This document shows, in pieces, positions 39,711 to 51,077 of a DNA stretch of 64,000 nucleotides (position 1 is its first letter; the number at the start of each line of letters is the position of its first letter). The translations under genes and the position numbers were made by a program. The notes below the pieces were generated by a model that ran no database searches, was not told the DNA's origin, and saw only the letters and a list, made by a program, of their open reading frames with translations. The DNA comes from Candidatus Kapaibacterium sp. (GTDB taxonomy: Bacteria; Bacteroidota; Ignavibacteria; Kapaibacteriales; UBA2268), in contig OY762428.1 in NCBI GenBank assembly GCA_963665665.1, forward strand, positions 1,376,001 through 1,440,000, in the 5' to 3' direction.

Positions 39711-41246
39711 ATGGCTAAGAAGAAAAAAGAAAAGAAAGAGGAACCTTTAGAAAAACAATTATGGAAAGCAGCGGATAAACTTCGTAAAAATATTGATGCT
39801 GCTGAATATAAGCATATCGTCCTGGGATTGATATTTTTGAAATATATTTCCGATGCCTTCGAAGAGTTATATGCTTCGCTGAAAGCCGAAGAAGCTCAGG
39901 GCGCCGATCCCGAAGATAAGGACGAGTACAAAGCCGAAAATGTCTTTTTTGTACCGGCGGAAGCCCGCTGGACTTTCCTGCTTTCCAAGGCTAAAGAGCC
40001 GCTGATAGGCAAAATTGTTGATGAAGCTATGGATGCCATTGAAAAGGAAAATAAATCGCTTAAAGGTGTGTTGCCAAAAGTCTTTGCAAGGCAGAATCTC
40101 GATCCGGCAAGTCTCGGTGAACTGATTGACCTGATTGGCAATATTGCACTTGGCGATACGAAGGCACGAAGCGCCGACGTTCTGGGGCATGTGTTCGAAT
40201 ATTTCCTTGGCGAGTTTGCTCTTGCAGAAGGGAAGAAGGGCGGACAGTTCTATACGCCGCGTTCCGTTGTGGAACTTCTGGTTGAAATGCTGGAGCCCTA
40301 CAAGGGCCGAGTTTTCGATCCCTGCTGTGGTTCAGGCGGTATGTTCGTACAGTCAGAAAAGTTTGTTACCGGCCACCAGGGCCGTATAAATGATATTTCC
40401 ATCTACGGACAGGAAAGCAACCAGACCACCTGGCGCCTTGCAAAAATGAATCTTGCTATCCGTGGTATTGATAGTTCGCAGGTAAAGTGGAATAACGAGG
40501 GTTCTTTCCTGAATGACAGTCATAAAGATTTGAAGTCTGATTATGTTATAGCTAATCCCCCATTCAATGACAGTGACTGGAGCGGTGACCTGCTTAGAAA
40601 AGACGGGCGCTGGAAATTTGGTGTTCCCCCTGCTGGCAATGCCAACTATGCATGGATTCAGCACTTTCTCTATCACCTGAACCCAGGTGGTCAAGCCGGT
40701 TTTGTACTGGCGAAAGGAGCATTGACTTCAAAAACATCAGGAGAAGGAGATATAAGAAAATCTCTCATTGAAGCCCATTTGGTAGATTGTATTGTGAATC
40801 TTCCTGCAAAACTCTTTTTGAATACACAGATTCCGGCCAGCCTATGGTTCCTGAGCAGGAACAAGGCCAATGGTAATTTCCGGAATCGTGTTAATGAAAT
40901 TCTGTTTATTGATGCACGAAACATGGGGCATTTGATCAACCGCAGGACAAGGGAGTTTTCTCAGGAGGATATTGACAAAATTGCTGAAACTTATCATAAC
41001 TGGCGCAACCCTGACGGCAATTACGAAGATGTAAAGGGATTTTGCAACTCTGCGAGTGTGGAAAGAGTCAGAGAACTGGACTATGTACTTACGCCGGGCC
41101 GATACGTGGGACTGGCTGCCGAGGAGGATGACTTCGATTTCAAGGAAAGGTTCAGCAGCCTTCAGAAGGAGTTTGAAGAGCAGCTTAAGGAAGAGGCCGT
41201 TCTGAACGAAAGAATAAAAGAAAACCTGAAAACGATAAAAATATGA
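39711..41246 (+). CDS. hsdM: Type I R-M methyltransferase subunit
   Basis: [28 protein letters not shown]. Confidence 0.96.
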   Translation: MAKKKKEKKEEPLEKQLWKAADKLRKNIDAAEYKHIVLGLIFLKYISDAFEELYASLKAEEAQGADPEDKDEYKAENVFFVPAEARWTFLLSKAKEPLIGKIVDEAMDAIEKENKSLKGVLPKVFARQNLDPASLGELIDLIGNIALGDTKARSADVLGHVFEYFLGEFALAEGKKGGQFYTPRSVVELLVEMLEPYKGRVFDPCCGSGGMFVQSEKFVTGHQGRINDISIYGQESNQTTWRLAKMNLAIRGIDSSQVKWNNEGSFLNDSHKDLKSDYVIANPPFNDSDWSGDLLRKDGRWKFGVPPAGNANYAWIQHFLYHLNPGGQAGFVLAKGALTSKTSGEGDIRKSLIEAHLVDCIVNLPAKLFLNTQIPASLWFLSRNKANGNFRNRVNEILFIDARNMGHLINRRTREFSQEDIDKIAETYHNWRNPDGNYEDVKGFCNSASVERVRELDYVLTPGRYVGLAAEEDDFDFKERFSSLQKEFEEQLKEEAVLNERIKENLKTIKI

Positions 41247-42787
41247 GCTTTAACGATAAAATCAACCAGCCTGAAGGCCGCCGGCTTGAATTCAAATCTA
41301 AAATTCCGGCAGGCCCTGAAATTGCCAAAACGATCATTGCTTTTGCCAATGATGCCGGCGGAGAACTATACATTGGTGTTCAGGATAATCCCCGAAACGT
41401 TTTGGGCCTTGATGAAGACGATCTGCTGATGCTGGAAGAAAAGATCAGCAATATTGTCCATGACAATTGTAATCCCATTATCCTTCCCGAAATTTCCTTC
41501 TTCAGATTCCAGAATAAATATCTTATTAAAATTCAGATATATAAGGGCAACAATCCGCCGTATTATCTGAAAAGCAGAGGCATTGACAGCGGGACATTTA
41601 TACGTGTAGGATCGTCCAACAGGGCGGCAAGCCCGGAAATGATAGCAGAACTTGAAAGAAGGAAAAACAATATTTCCTTCGACAGCATTCTGATCTATGA
41701 AAAGGAACTGTCTGAAATTGATATTTCATCATTTGTCAGGCATTTTAAGGAGAAAACCGGTGAAAATGCTGGCATGCAGACACTTTCCAAACTAAGGCTT
41801 TTTGATTCCGACCAGGGAAAAGAACTGCCAACTAATGCCCTGATCCTTCTTTCCGATGATGATCTGCAAAGCCGCCTGTTCCCTTATGCAAAGATAGAGT
41901 GTGCAAGGTTCAAAGGTATTACTCCGGGTGATTTTATCGACCAGAAAACTATTTCCGGGCCGCTAAGTTTGCAGGCCGAATCTGCATATCAATTTATTTT
42001 GCGCCATATTTCGCAGGGGTCTTCCTACGATGGCGTTTACAGGATTGACCGCTGGGAATATCCTGTTACAGCTATCAGGGAAGCCATTCGTAATGCTGTT
42101 ATCCACAGGGATTATTCCCTGACGGGGAAAGATATTAAAATTGCCGTATTTGATAATAAAATTGAGATCACAAGCCCCGGCAAGCTTCTTCCTACCGTGG
42201 ATTATAACCAGATGGAAGCCGGGCAGTCCGATATTAGAAACATGGTGCTGGCGCCTGTCTTTAAGAAACTTGGTATTATTGAGCAATGGGGCAACGGCCT
42301 TCAGCTTATTTCAGATGAAATGAAGCAATATCCTGAAATTGATATAAAGTGGAACGAACCGGGCATGGCTTTTCGGATCAGCTTTATTAAGAGGGATTAT
42401 ATTGAGCAGCCCGAGTCAAGGCCTGAGTTGGAGCAAGAGCCAAGGCCCGAGTCGAGGCCCGAGTTGAGGCCTGAGTCGAGGCCCGAGTCGAGGCCTGAGT
42501 TGGAGCAAGATCAAAGGCACGAGTCAGGGCAAGAGTTAAAGCAAGAGTCTATATATGATGCAGTTATACTCAGTCTATTTAATATAGCACTTTCAAAGGG
42601 GAAATTAGCAAAAGCCCTGGGGCAGAAAAGCGTTTCCGGCGGATTGAAAAAAGTTATTAGCAAGCTGATGGAAGAAGAAATGATAGAATGGACTATTCCT
42701 GAAAAACCGAACAGCTCCAAACAAAAATACAGGCTGACAGAAAAGGGAAAAGGTTATTATAAGACTAAATTTGGAAATGATGAATAA
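41243..42787 (+). CDS. AlbA_2/Schlafen + HATPase_c_4 (RecG C-terminal-like) + wHTH protein
   Basis: [51 protein letters not shown]. Confidence 0.88.
   Translation: MSFNDKINQPEGRRLEFKSKIPAGPEIAKTIIAFANDAGGELYIGVQDNPRNVLGLDEDDLLMLEEKISNIVHDNCNPIILPEISFFRFQNKYLIKIQIYKGNNPPYYLKSRGIDSGTFIRVGSSNRAASPEMIAELERRKNNISFDSILIYEKELSEIDISSFVRHFKEKTGENAGMQTLSKLRLFDSDQGKELPTNALILLSDDDLQSRLFPYAKIECARFKGITPGDFIDQKTISGPLSLQAESAYQFILRHISQGSSYDGVYRIDRWEYPVTAIREAIRNAVIHRDYSLTGKDIKIAVFDNKIEITSPGKLLPTVDYNQMEAGQSDIRNMVLAPVFKKLGIIEQWGNGLQLISDEMKQYPEIDIKWNEPGMAFRISFIKRDYIEQPESRPELEQEPRPESRPELRPESRPESRPELEQDQRHESGQELKQESIYDAVILSLFNIALSKGKLAKALGQKSVSGGLKKVISKLMEEEMIEWTIPEKPNSSKQKYRLTEKGKGYYKTKFGNDE
42410..42550 (+). repeat. 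12-bp degenerate tandem repeat encoding a PESR/PELE linker
   Basis: CCCGAGTCGAGG-type units repeated about 11-12 times. Confidence 0.8.
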
Positions 42788-42910
42788 TGAGAAAATATTA
42801 AATATTTGCTTTTGCAAAAAAACAATAAAAGATGGTGCAGACACTGTCTGCACCATCTGAAATCAGCCAGGAAACAAAATCAGGCTGATATTAAAAGGAA
42901 ACTGATAATT

Positions 42911-43192
42911 ATGAAAAGAACAACGATAATACAGAAAAATGACGAATATATGGACGTGAAACCAAGATACACTGTAGGGCAGCTTATTGAAATGCTGCAA
43001 AAATTCCCGCGGGATATGCCGGTGGTGATGGATGCATTTGAAAGTGATTATAAAAATGTTATGCCGCCGCGAAGGCAGCTTGTAAATTACTGCCCCGATG
43101 ATGATTATTATATCGGGCAGTTTCAGTGGGTAACCGAGGGTGTGGACGGCGCATTCGAGGTTGTTGTGATACCGAGGGAAGTGAGGCTGTGA
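42911..43192 (+). CDS. Small hypothetical protein
   Basis: ATG 42911; TVGQLIEMLQKFPRDMPVV motif; TGATG coupling to the next gene. Confidence 0.65.
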   Translation: MKRTTIIQKNDEYMDVKPRYTVGQLIEMLQKFPRDMPVVMDAFESDYKNVMPPRRQLVNYCPDDDYYIGQFQWVTEGVDGAFEVVVIPREVRL

Positions 43193-43725
43193 TGGTAACG
43201 GAAAAAAATTTGCATGAACTTGTTTGGATGCTGAAACGGGCAGTAGATACTGTGTATAATGAAGAACCAAAACTGCTGAAATACGAAGAAATATCCAAAA
43301 TGCTTGAACATAAAGATGATAATGAAAAAGAACTTAAAGGTTTGGAGCAGGCTTTTGCATTCAGGGCAGGGGTTTATTTTCAGGAATATTTAAATCGCAC
43401 TCCATATAGAAATTTGAATCTGGATATGGAATATACGAAAAAAGGGGCTGATCCAAAGAAACTTAACGATACAACCATTAGGCCAGATATGATATTGCAT
43501 GAGAGGCATATCAATGATAATAATATTTTGGTAGTTGAATTTAAAGGCTGGTGGAATGATAGATGTGGTGACAAAAAGAAGCTAGAATTTTTAACAAAAC
43601 AAAAAGAAGAAGAAGGCTTTAATTACCTGCTTGGGATATTTATACGTATAATAAAGGATGAAGCTAAATACACAATGTTTGAAAATGGAGAAATAGTAGG
43701 TAATGATGATGGGGAGGTCAAGTGA
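43192..43725 (+). CDS. Putative PD-(D/E)xK nuclease-like protein
   Basis: DMEY, RPDMILH and VVEFK motifs; start coupled to the upstream stop, stop overlapping the hsdS start. Confidence 0.6.
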   Translation: MVTEKNLHELVWMLKRAVDTVYNEEPKLLKYEEISKMLEHKDDNEKELKGLEQAFAFRAGVYFQEYLNRTPYRNLNLDMEYTKKGADPKKLNDTTIRPDMILHERHINDNNILVVEFKGWWNDRCGDKKKLEFLTKQKEEEGFNYLLGIFIRIIKDEAKYTMFENGEIVGNDDGEVK

Positions 43726-44933
43726 TTATAAAGGGGCTAATAAGTTTACTCGATCTCAAATGTGATTTTTTATCTGGTTTTGCTTTCAAAAGTAATGATT
43801 ATCAAGATCACGGAATACCATTAATAAAAATTGGAAATATGCATAATAGAATTGTAGAAATTGATGAAAATGGGAATTTTGTTGGAAAAAAGTTAATAAA
43901 TGAAAAAACTGAAAAATTTTTACTTTCAAATGATGATATTTTAATAGCTATGACTGGCCAAGGAAGCGTTGGGAGAATTGGGAAACTAAAATTAAATAAT
44001 GGACAGAATGCATTTTTAAACCAACGGGTTGGAAAATTTTTATGTGATGAAATCCATTTGAATAAAGAATTCTTGTATTATATTTTAACAACCGAACGTT
44101 ATCAAGATTATTTATTTAATACTGGAGCTGGAAGCGGCCAGCCAAATTTAAGTCCAGAATTAATATTGCAAACAGAAATCCCAATATGTGATTATAATAC
44201 CCAAAAGGCAATAGCCTCTGTTCTCTCCAGCTTAGACGATAAGATAGACCTGCTGCACCGCCAGAACAAAACCCTTGAACAAATGGCAGAAACCCTCTTC
44301 CGCCAGTGGTTTGTGGAGGAAGCACAGGAGGATTGGGAGGAAGGAGTACTTTCTGACTTGGGAGTTATCATTACTGGTAAAACACCAAGTAAAAATAATC
44401 CTAATTATTGGGGAGATGAATTTAGCTTTATCACACCTACTGATTTTAAATCATTTGGTATGTTTTCAAATTCACCCGATAGAAAATTATCAAAATTAGG
44501 ATGGAATAAAATGAAAACATTACAATTGCCCAAAAATTCAATATTGGTTACATGTATTGGCTCCGATATGGGAAAGGTTGTAATATCATCTCAACCGTGT
44601 ATTACAAATCAACAACTTAATTCAATCGTAATAAATAATCAGAAATATTTAGGTTTTGTTTTTCAATATTTGAAAAGTCAATATCTTTTATTAAGAAATA
44701 TGGCTTTTGGTGGTACAACAATGCCAATTATTAATAAGTATGATTTTTCAAATATAAAAATTCCTATTCCACCTGAAAATATTATAGAAGAATTTCAAAG
44801 TCTTTGGGTTTCTTTTAGTAAAAAAGTTTTAAAAAACCAAACTCAAATCTGCACACTTGAAAAGATGCGGGATACACTGCTGCCCAAGCTGATGAGCGGA
44901 GAGGTGAGGGTGGATTACAGGGAGGAAGAATGA
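43722..44933 (+). CDS. hsdS: Type I R-M specificity subunit
   Basis: Two TRDs (GFAFKS..., TGKTPS...), central LSSLDDKIDLL...LFRQWF, terminal RDTLLPKLMSGE. Confidence 0.94.
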   Translation: MIIKGLISLLDLKCDFLSGFAFKSNDYQDHGIPLIKIGNMHNRIVEIDENGNFVGKKLINEKTEKFLLSNDDILIAMTGQGSVGRIGKLKLNNGQNAFLNQRVGKFLCDEIHLNKEFLYYILTTERYQDYLFNTGAGSGQPNLSPELILQTEIPICDYNTQKAIASVLSSLDDKIDLLHRQNKTLEQMAETLFRQWFVEEAQEDWEEGVLSDLGVIITGKTPSKNNPNYWGDEFSFITPTDFKSFGMFSNSPDRKLSKLGWNKMKTLQLPKNSILVTCIGSDMGKVVISSQPCITNQQLNSIVINNQKYLGFVFQYLKSQYLLLRNMAFGGTTMPIINKYDFSNIKIPIPPENIIEEFQSLWVSFSKKVLKNQTQICTLEKMRDTLLPKLMSGEVRVDYREEE

Positions 44934-45039
44934 GAATTATTGACAATATAAGCGGAATTTTGCTGGGAGCGGGGACGATGGATTTGATAAAAATATAATG
45001 CAAATCAGTATTTTTGGCATTTTACTTTTAGGAGGAGTA

Positions 45040-47280
45040 ATGATAAAAAATATTTATATCAGAAATATTGCTACTTTTGGTGATACTGTTGTTAGTATGC
45101 AGAATCTAAAAAAAATTAATTTCATTTATGGCTCTAACGGCAGCGGTAAAACGACGATTAGCAATTTTATTAAAGAACCTGAAAATCCGGATTATGGTGA
45201 TTGTATTCTGGAATGGAAGTACGATATACAGATTAATACCCTTGTTTACAATAAAAAATTCAGAGAAGAAAATTTCGGACGGGGACTAATTCCTGGTATT
45301 TTTACCTTAGGCAGCGATTCAGTTGACGAAATGAACCTTCTAAATGATAAAACTGAAAAATTATCAGAAATTCATCAGGAAGGTATTCGCGAAAAAAGAA
45401 TTTTGGAAAAACAAAAAAATAAAAAAGAGGAAACCGAAGAGAGGTTTAAAGAAAATTTTTGGCAGGCTGTTTATAAAAAATATGAGCATCAATTTTACGA
45501 TGTTTTCAAAGGATGCAGGCAGAAGAAGTCTCTTAAAGACAAAATATTAAGGGAATTCGAAACAAATTCATCAAAGTTACTTTCCTACGAGGCTATCCTT
45601 GAGAAATATAATAATATTTTTGGACAAAGGCCGGAATGGTTGGATAAACTTAAAATACCGGATTTTTCCGACATAGGTGATATTGAAAAACATGATATAT
45701 GGAATAAAAAAATAATTGGAAAAGAAGATATTGATATAGCTGAATTAATAAAAAATCTTGGCATTAACGACTGGGTTTTTGAAGGCCGCAATTATATTCA
45801 GGAAGATAGCAAAAAATGCCCCTTCTGCCAGCAGGAAACGATTTCACCAGATTTTAGAAATCAGCTTGAAGAATATTTCGACGACAGTTTCCGAAATGAC
45901 ATCAGCAATCTGAAACAATATTCTGATCGTTATGAAAGCGCTTACAGCAGAATTATCAGCAACCTGAAACTGATTGAAACAAGAGAAAAGGATAATAATA
46001 AAACGCGGCTTAATATCGAAAAATTCTCGGGTTTACTTTATAATCTTGAAAAAACAATTTCTGCTAATTTGATATTAATAAATTCCAAATTGAAAGAACC
46101 AAGCAGAGCATTTGAAATTATTTCATCGGAAAGAATATTAGAAGGAATATTGGATACAATTGAAGATGCTAATAATGAAATTATCAGGTATAATAAAATC
46201 GTTGATAATTATCTAAACGAAAAAGTAGAATTAATTTCATTGGTCTGGAAGTATTTATCAAACGAGAATGAATCGTTGATTAATGAATATTTTGAACAGA
46301 TTAACGGATTGCAAACAGGTATTAATAACTTAATCCGAAAAATAGAAGAAAAACGTGTGGAATATAGAAATCTTGAGCAAGATATTCGGGATATTACAGC
46401 TGATATTACAAGCGTCAAGCCAACAATTGACAGGATTAATTCAATATTATTATCCTTTGGTTTCGACAATTTTCAAATTGAGCCTTCTTTGGAGAACAAA
46501 CATTACTATAAAATCAGGCGTAACAACGGCGAGCCGGCAGAAGATACGCTGAGTGAAGGTGAAATAACACTGATTACCTTTCTATACTTTATACAACTTG
46601 CTGAAGGTAGTCTCGATAAAGACAATATCACAACAGACAGGATCATTGTTCTTGATGATCCTGTATCAAGCCTTGACAGTAATGTATTGTTTCTTGTCAG
46701 TTCGCTACTGAAAAAAATAATTGATGATGTTAAAAGAGGTGATAACCACATAAAGCAATTTCTTCTTTTTACTCACAATGTATATTTTCATAAGGAAGTA
46801 ACATATATAAACGGCAGATCAGTCGAAAATCGGGATACAAACTTTTGGATATTGAGAAGAACAAATTCATTCACTTCTATAAAAAACTACTACATGAGCA
46901 ATCCAATCTGTAATTCTTATGAATTACTTTGGAAAGAATTGTTTACTCAGGAAAATACATCGGGTATATACATACAGAATATTATGAGAAGAATTATCGA
47001 AAATTATTTTAAGATATTGGGTAGGATTGATTATGAGGATATTATCAACAAATTCGATGAACCCGGAAATAAAGAAATTTGCAGGTCTTTGATAGGCTGG
47101 ATAAATGAAGGATCACACACAATACCGGATGATATATTTGTTGATGTTCAGGAAGATACAATCGGGAAATATTTTAATGTATTCAAATTGATATTTGAAA
47201 AAAATGGACAAATAGAACATTATAATATGATGAAACAGGGAGTATTATCCACAGGAACTGATGATTATTTAGTAAATTAG
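45040..47280 (+). CDS. rloC: RloC-like AAA_13 ATPase with zinc hook and C-terminal anticodon-nuclease/HEPN region
   Basis: Walker A GSNGSGKT, CPFCQQ hook, LSEGE, LDDPVSSLD, THN, MRRIIENYF, NEGSH; AGGAGGA RBS before ATG 45040. Confidence 0.82.
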   Translation: MIKNIYIRNIATFGDTVVSMQNLKKINFIYGSNGSGKTTISNFIKEPENPDYGDCILEWKYDIQINTLVYNKKFREENFGRGLIPGIFTLGSDSVDEMNLLNDKTEKLSEIHQEGIREKRILEKQKNKKEETEERFKENFWQAVYKKYEHQFYDVFKGCRQKKSLKDKILREFETNSSKLLSYEAILEKYNNIFGQRPEWLDKLKIPDFSDIGDIEKHDIWNKKIIGKEDIDIAELIKNLGINDWVFEGRNYIQEDSKKCPFCQQETISPDFRNQLEEYFDDSFRNDISNLKQYSDRYESAYSRIISNLKLIETREKDNNKTRLNIEKFSGLLYNLEKTISANLILINSKLKEPSRAFEIISSERILEGILDTIEDANNEIIRYNKIVDNYLNEKVELISLVWKYLSNENESLINEYFEQINGLQTGINNLIRKIEEKRVEYRNLEQDIRDITADITSVKPTIDRINSILLSFGFDNFQIEPSLENKHYYKIRRNNGEPAEDTLSEGEITLITFLYFIQLAEGSLDKDNITTDRIIVLDDPVSSLDSNVLFLVSSLLKKIIDDVKRGDNHIKQFLLFTHNVYFHKEVTYINGRSVENRDTNFWILRRTNSFTSIKNYYMSNPICNSYELLWKELFTQENTSGIYIQNIMRRIIENYFKILGRIDYEDIINKFDEPGNKEICRSLIGWINEGSHTIPDDIFVDVQEDTIGKYFNVFKLIFEKNGQIEHYNMMKQGVLSTGTDDYLVN

Positions 47281-47296
47281 TTCTATAAAAACCGCA

Positions 47297-47328
47297 AAGC
47301 TCGGTATATATCCGGATATATCGAGCTT
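47297..47328. other. Intergenic hairpin between rloC and hsdR
   Basis: AAGCTCGGTATAT / ATATATCGAGCTT. Confidence 0.45.
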
Positions 47329-47417
47329 CGAAACTCCTTCTTCCTATAACGGAAAGATGAGCAACGACAATAAAGTAAAAATTAGAGATATAAGCAAACA
47401 ATTATTTTGAAAATATA

Positions 47418-50400
47418 ATGACTAAAATTACCGAAAATACTATTGAAGAATTTGCCCTGGAACTGTTCCGGGAGATGGGATATAAATATATTCATGCGCC
47501 TGAAATTGCCCCGGACGGCGACAGCCCGGAAAGAAAAAGCTATGACGACGTTATACTGGAGAGCAGGCTCAGGGATGCCATTAAGAGGATAAATCCCGGA
47601 CTTGCTCCCGGACTGACCGATGATGCTGTTAAAGAGCTGAGAAGAGCAGGAGCTCCCGACCTGATCTCCGCCAATGAGGAATTCCACAAAATGATGACAA
47701 TGGGCATTAATGTCAGCTATCAGAAGGACGGCAGCACCCGTGGCGAAATTGTCCGCCTGATTGATTTCGAAAACCCGGAAAACAATGAATTTTTAGCAGC
47801 AAACCAGCTAACCGTAATAGAAAATAACCGGAATCGCAGGCCGGATATAGTCCTGTTCGTTAACGGAATTCCGCTGGTTGTGATTGAGCTGAAGAACCCG
47901 GCAGACGAAAATGCAACTCTTAAAACGGCATTCGACCAATTACAGACATATAAAGTACAAATTCCTGTGCTGTTTACTTATAACGGTTTTATGATCATAT
48001 CCGACGGGCTGGAGGCAAGGGCAGGGTCACTGTCGGCAGGTTTCACCCGGTTCATGGCATGGAAAACAGCCGACGGCAAGTCCGAAGCCGATCCTCACAG
48101 CGGCCAGTTGGAAACACTGATAAAAGGAATGCTGAACAAAGAAACATTTCTTGATCTGATCAGGCATTTCATTGTTTTCGAGAAAAGTAAAAAAGAAGAT
48201 AAGAAGACAGGTATCATTACTATCAGCACTGTAAAAAAACTGGCGGCTTATCATCAGTATTACGCCGTGAATGCTGCTGTTGAGTCAACGCTCAGGGCTG
48301 CCGGTTTCAATAATGGGATCGAAGAAGATAGCATCTTCATGAAAATTCAGGCTGGATCAAAAGTTATGACTCCGCCGGAAACCTATGGAGTTCCCGGTGT
48401 AAAGAAACAGCCAGCCGGAGATCGGAAAGGCGGAGTGGTATGGCACACTCAGGGCAGTGGTAAATCACTTTCTATGGTGTTTTACACTGGTAAGATAGTT
48501 CTTGCTATGGATAACCCTACAATTGTTGTAATAACCGACAGAAACGACCTGGACGATCAGCTTTTTGATACATTTGCGGCATCAACTCAGCTTCTTCGCC
48601 AGGAGCCGGTACAGGCTGAAACCCGCGAGAACCTGAAGGAACTACTTAAAGTGGCATCAGGCGGGGTTGTATTTACAACAATCCAGAAATTCCAGATAGA
48701 CAGGAAGGACAATACTTCAGGGGCAGCTTATGAAATGCTGACTGATCGCGAAAACGTTGTTGTGATAGCTGATGAAGCGCACAGGACTCAATACGGTTTC
48801 AAAGCAAAAACCATAGACGCTGTTTCAAACGGCGAGGTTATCGGAAAGAAAATTGTATACGGCTTTGCCAAATATATGCGCGATGCCCTGCCAAATGCAA
48901 CTTACCTTGGATTTACCGGAACTCCGATTGAAAGTACGGATGTTAATACTCCGGCAGTTTTCGGAAATTATATTGATGTATATGATATTGCCCAGGCCGT
49001 TGAGGACGGCGCTACTGTGAAAATCTATTACGAAAGCCGTCTTGCAAAAGTAAACCTGAGCGAGGAAGGCAAAAAAATTGTAGATGATCTGGACGAGGAG
49101 CTAAAGTATGGCGACCTGTCGGAAACGGAAAAAGCCAAAGCAAAATGGACTCAGCTTGAGGCTCTTGTTGGTAGTGAGAACAGGATAAATAAAATTGCCG
49201 AGGATATTATCCTACATTTTGAAGAAAGACAAAAGGCCTTTATGGGCAAGGGCATGATAGTCTGCATGTCGCGAAGGATAGCAGCACAGCTGTATAAAGA
49301 GATAATAACTATCAGGCCGGAATGGCATTCCGACGAGCTTGACAAAGGCGCAATAAAAGTAGTAATGACCACATCAAGTTCCGACGGCCCGGACATAGCG
49401 AGGCACCAGACAACAAAAGCACAGAGAAAAGACCTTGCCGAAAGAATGAAAGATACTGATGACGATTTGAAGCTGGTTATTGTCAGGGATATGTGGCTGA
49501 CAGGGTTTGACGTACCCAGCCTGCACTCACTTTATATAGACAAACCAATGAAAGGGCACAACCTGATGCAGGCTATAGCAAGGGTGAACCGCGTTTATCT
49601 GGATAAGCCCGGCGGCCTGGTGGTTGACTATCTTGGCATTGCCTCCGACCTGAAAAAAGCATTATTATTTTATTCTGATGCAGGCGGCAAAGGTGATCCG
49701 ACAGAAATGCAGGCCAAAGCTGTTGCTCTGATGCTTGAGAAGCTGGAAGTAGTTTCCGAATTGTTCAACGGATTTGCCTACGAAGAATACTTCGATGCGG
49801 ATGTATCCCGGAAATTATCTATTATTCTCGAAGCAGAAGATTTTATTCTCGGGTTGGAAAACGGCAAGAAAAGATATATTGATGAGGTTACAGCCTTGTC
49901 AAAAGCATTTGCTCTTGCAATTCCCCATGAACAGGCTATGGATGTGAAAGACGAGGTAGCTTTTTTCCAGGCAGTTAAAGCCAGGCTGGTGAAATTCACT
50001 TCCGGCGGTGGTTCTTCATTTGGAAACGGTGATCTGGAAACAACAATCCGGCAGGTAATTGATAAGGCATTAGTTTCTGAAGAAGTTGTTGATATTTATG
50101 ATGCTGCCGGAATAAAAAAGCCGGATATTTCAATTCTGTCTGAAGATTTTCTGCTTGAACTGAAAGGAATGGAGCAGAAAAATGTTGCCCTGGAAGTGTT
50201 GAAGAAACTTTTGAACGATGAGATTAAATCCAGGTCAAGGAAAAACATGGTACAGGGTAAGACCCTGAAGGAGATGCTTGAAAATGCTATAAAGAAATAT
50301 CAGAATAAAATTTTGACGGCTGCCGAAGTAATTGAAGAATTGATCAAGCTGAGCAGGGAAATAACCGATAGTGACAGCCAAGCAGAGGAACTTGGCCTGA

Positions 50401-50681
50401 GTGACTTTGAATATGCTTTTTATACTGCTGTAGCCGACAATGAAAGCGCTAAAGAACTAATGGAAAAAGACAAACTCCGCGAGCTGGCAGTTGTACTGAC
50501 AGAACAGGTACGGCAAAATGCGTCAATTGATTGGACGATCAAGGAAAGTGTTCGCGCCAAATTGAAAGTAGTTATAAAAAGGACTCTGAGAAAATATGGC
50601 TACCCACCCGATATGCAAAAACTTGCAACCGATACAGTTTTAAAGCAGGCGGAAATGATAGCAGAGGAATTGACTGGATAA
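47418..50681 (+). CDS. hsdR: Type I R-M restriction subunit
   Basis: RPD...VIELK, HTQGSGKS, DEAHR, FTGTP, MWLTGFD, QAIARVNR. Confidence 0.96.
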   Translation: MTKITENTIEEFALELFREMGYKYIHAPEIAPDGDSPERKSYDDVILESRLRDAIKRINPGLAPGLTDDAVKELRRAGAPDLISANEEFHKMMTMGINVSYQKDGSTRGEIVRLIDFENPENNEFLAANQLTVIENNRNRRPDIVLFVNGIPLVVIELKNPADENATLKTAFDQLQTYKVQIPVLFTYNGFMIISDGLEARAGSLSAGFTRFMAWKTADGKSEADPHSGQLETLIKGMLNKETFLDLIRHFIVFEKSKKEDKKTGIITISTVKKLAAYHQYYAVNAAVESTLRAAGFNNGIEEDSIFMKIQAGSKVMTPPETYGVPGVKKQPAGDRKGGVVWHTQGSGKSLSMVFYTGKIVLAMDNPTIVVITDRNDLDDQLFDTFAASTQLLRQEPVQAETRENLKELLKVASGGVVFTTIQKFQIDRKDNTSGAAYEMLTDRENVVVIADEAHRTQYGFKAKTIDAVSNGEVIGKKIVYGFAKYMRDALPNATYLGFTGTPIESTDVNTPAVFGNYIDVYDIAQAVEDGATVKIYYESRLAKVNLSEEGKKIVDDLDEELKYGDLSETEKAKAKWTQLEALVGSENRINKIAEDIILHFEERQKAFMGKGMIVCMSRRIAAQLYKEIITIRPEWHSDELDKGAIKVVMTTSSSDGPDIARHQTTKAQRKDLAERMKDTDDDLKLVIVRDMWLTGFDVPSLHSLYIDKPMKGHNLMQAIARVNRVYLDKPGGLVVDYLGIASDLKKALLFYSDAGGKGDPTEMQAKAVALMLEKLEVVSELFNGFAYEEYFDADVSRKLSIILEAEDFILGLENGKKRYIDEVTALSKAFALAIPHEQAMDVKDEVAFFQAVKARLVKFTSGGGSSFGNGDLETTIRQVIDKALVSEEVVDIYDAAGIKKPDISILSEDFLLELKGMEQKNVALEVLKKLLNDEIKSRSRKNMVQGKTLKEMLENAIKKYQNKILTAAEVIEELIKLSREITDSDSQAEELGLSDFEYAFYTAVADNESAKELMEKDKLRELAVVLTEQVRQNASIDWTIKESVRAKLKVVIKRTLRKYGYPPDMQKLATDTVLKQAEMIAEELTG

Positions 50682-51077
50682 AGATAAAAGCAGAATAATA
50701 AAATATTGAAATTATTCTCAGGCAGTTCAAAATTATTTAACTATATTTATTTCGAGTACATTGAAATCAATAATTATAATGGCAATTTTTTCCATTCTCT
50801 CTCTCTTTACTGGTTGTTTAGTGAATTAATTTTATTTTTACTTAGCAAAGCCTGTGTTTTATTTTTAGCCCTGCCTATTTTCGATTTCTATTAACATCCG
50901 TTATAATTTTTAACACTGTTAATGTTGCCTTATTAGATAACTTTTTGCTGAAAAACACCGGAAATTAGTTGTTAAAGTTACTATCGTTGTCAGTTTTGAC
51001 ATACCTTCAATGTATAAAAATGCTGTTTAAATAATATAAAGGTATGCGAGAACATACAACGTCTGTAACTTAAACAA

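Noticed and set aside
43722-44933. Phase-variable hsdS shufflon
   Set aside because: Single hsdS; no silent TRDs, inverted repeats or adjacent invertase seen
28484-47280. Functional link between integration in tRNA-Asn and the RloC-like anticodon nuclease
   Set aside because: The tRNA is restored unchanged and tRNA integration is common; nothing in the sequence indicates the nuclease's target
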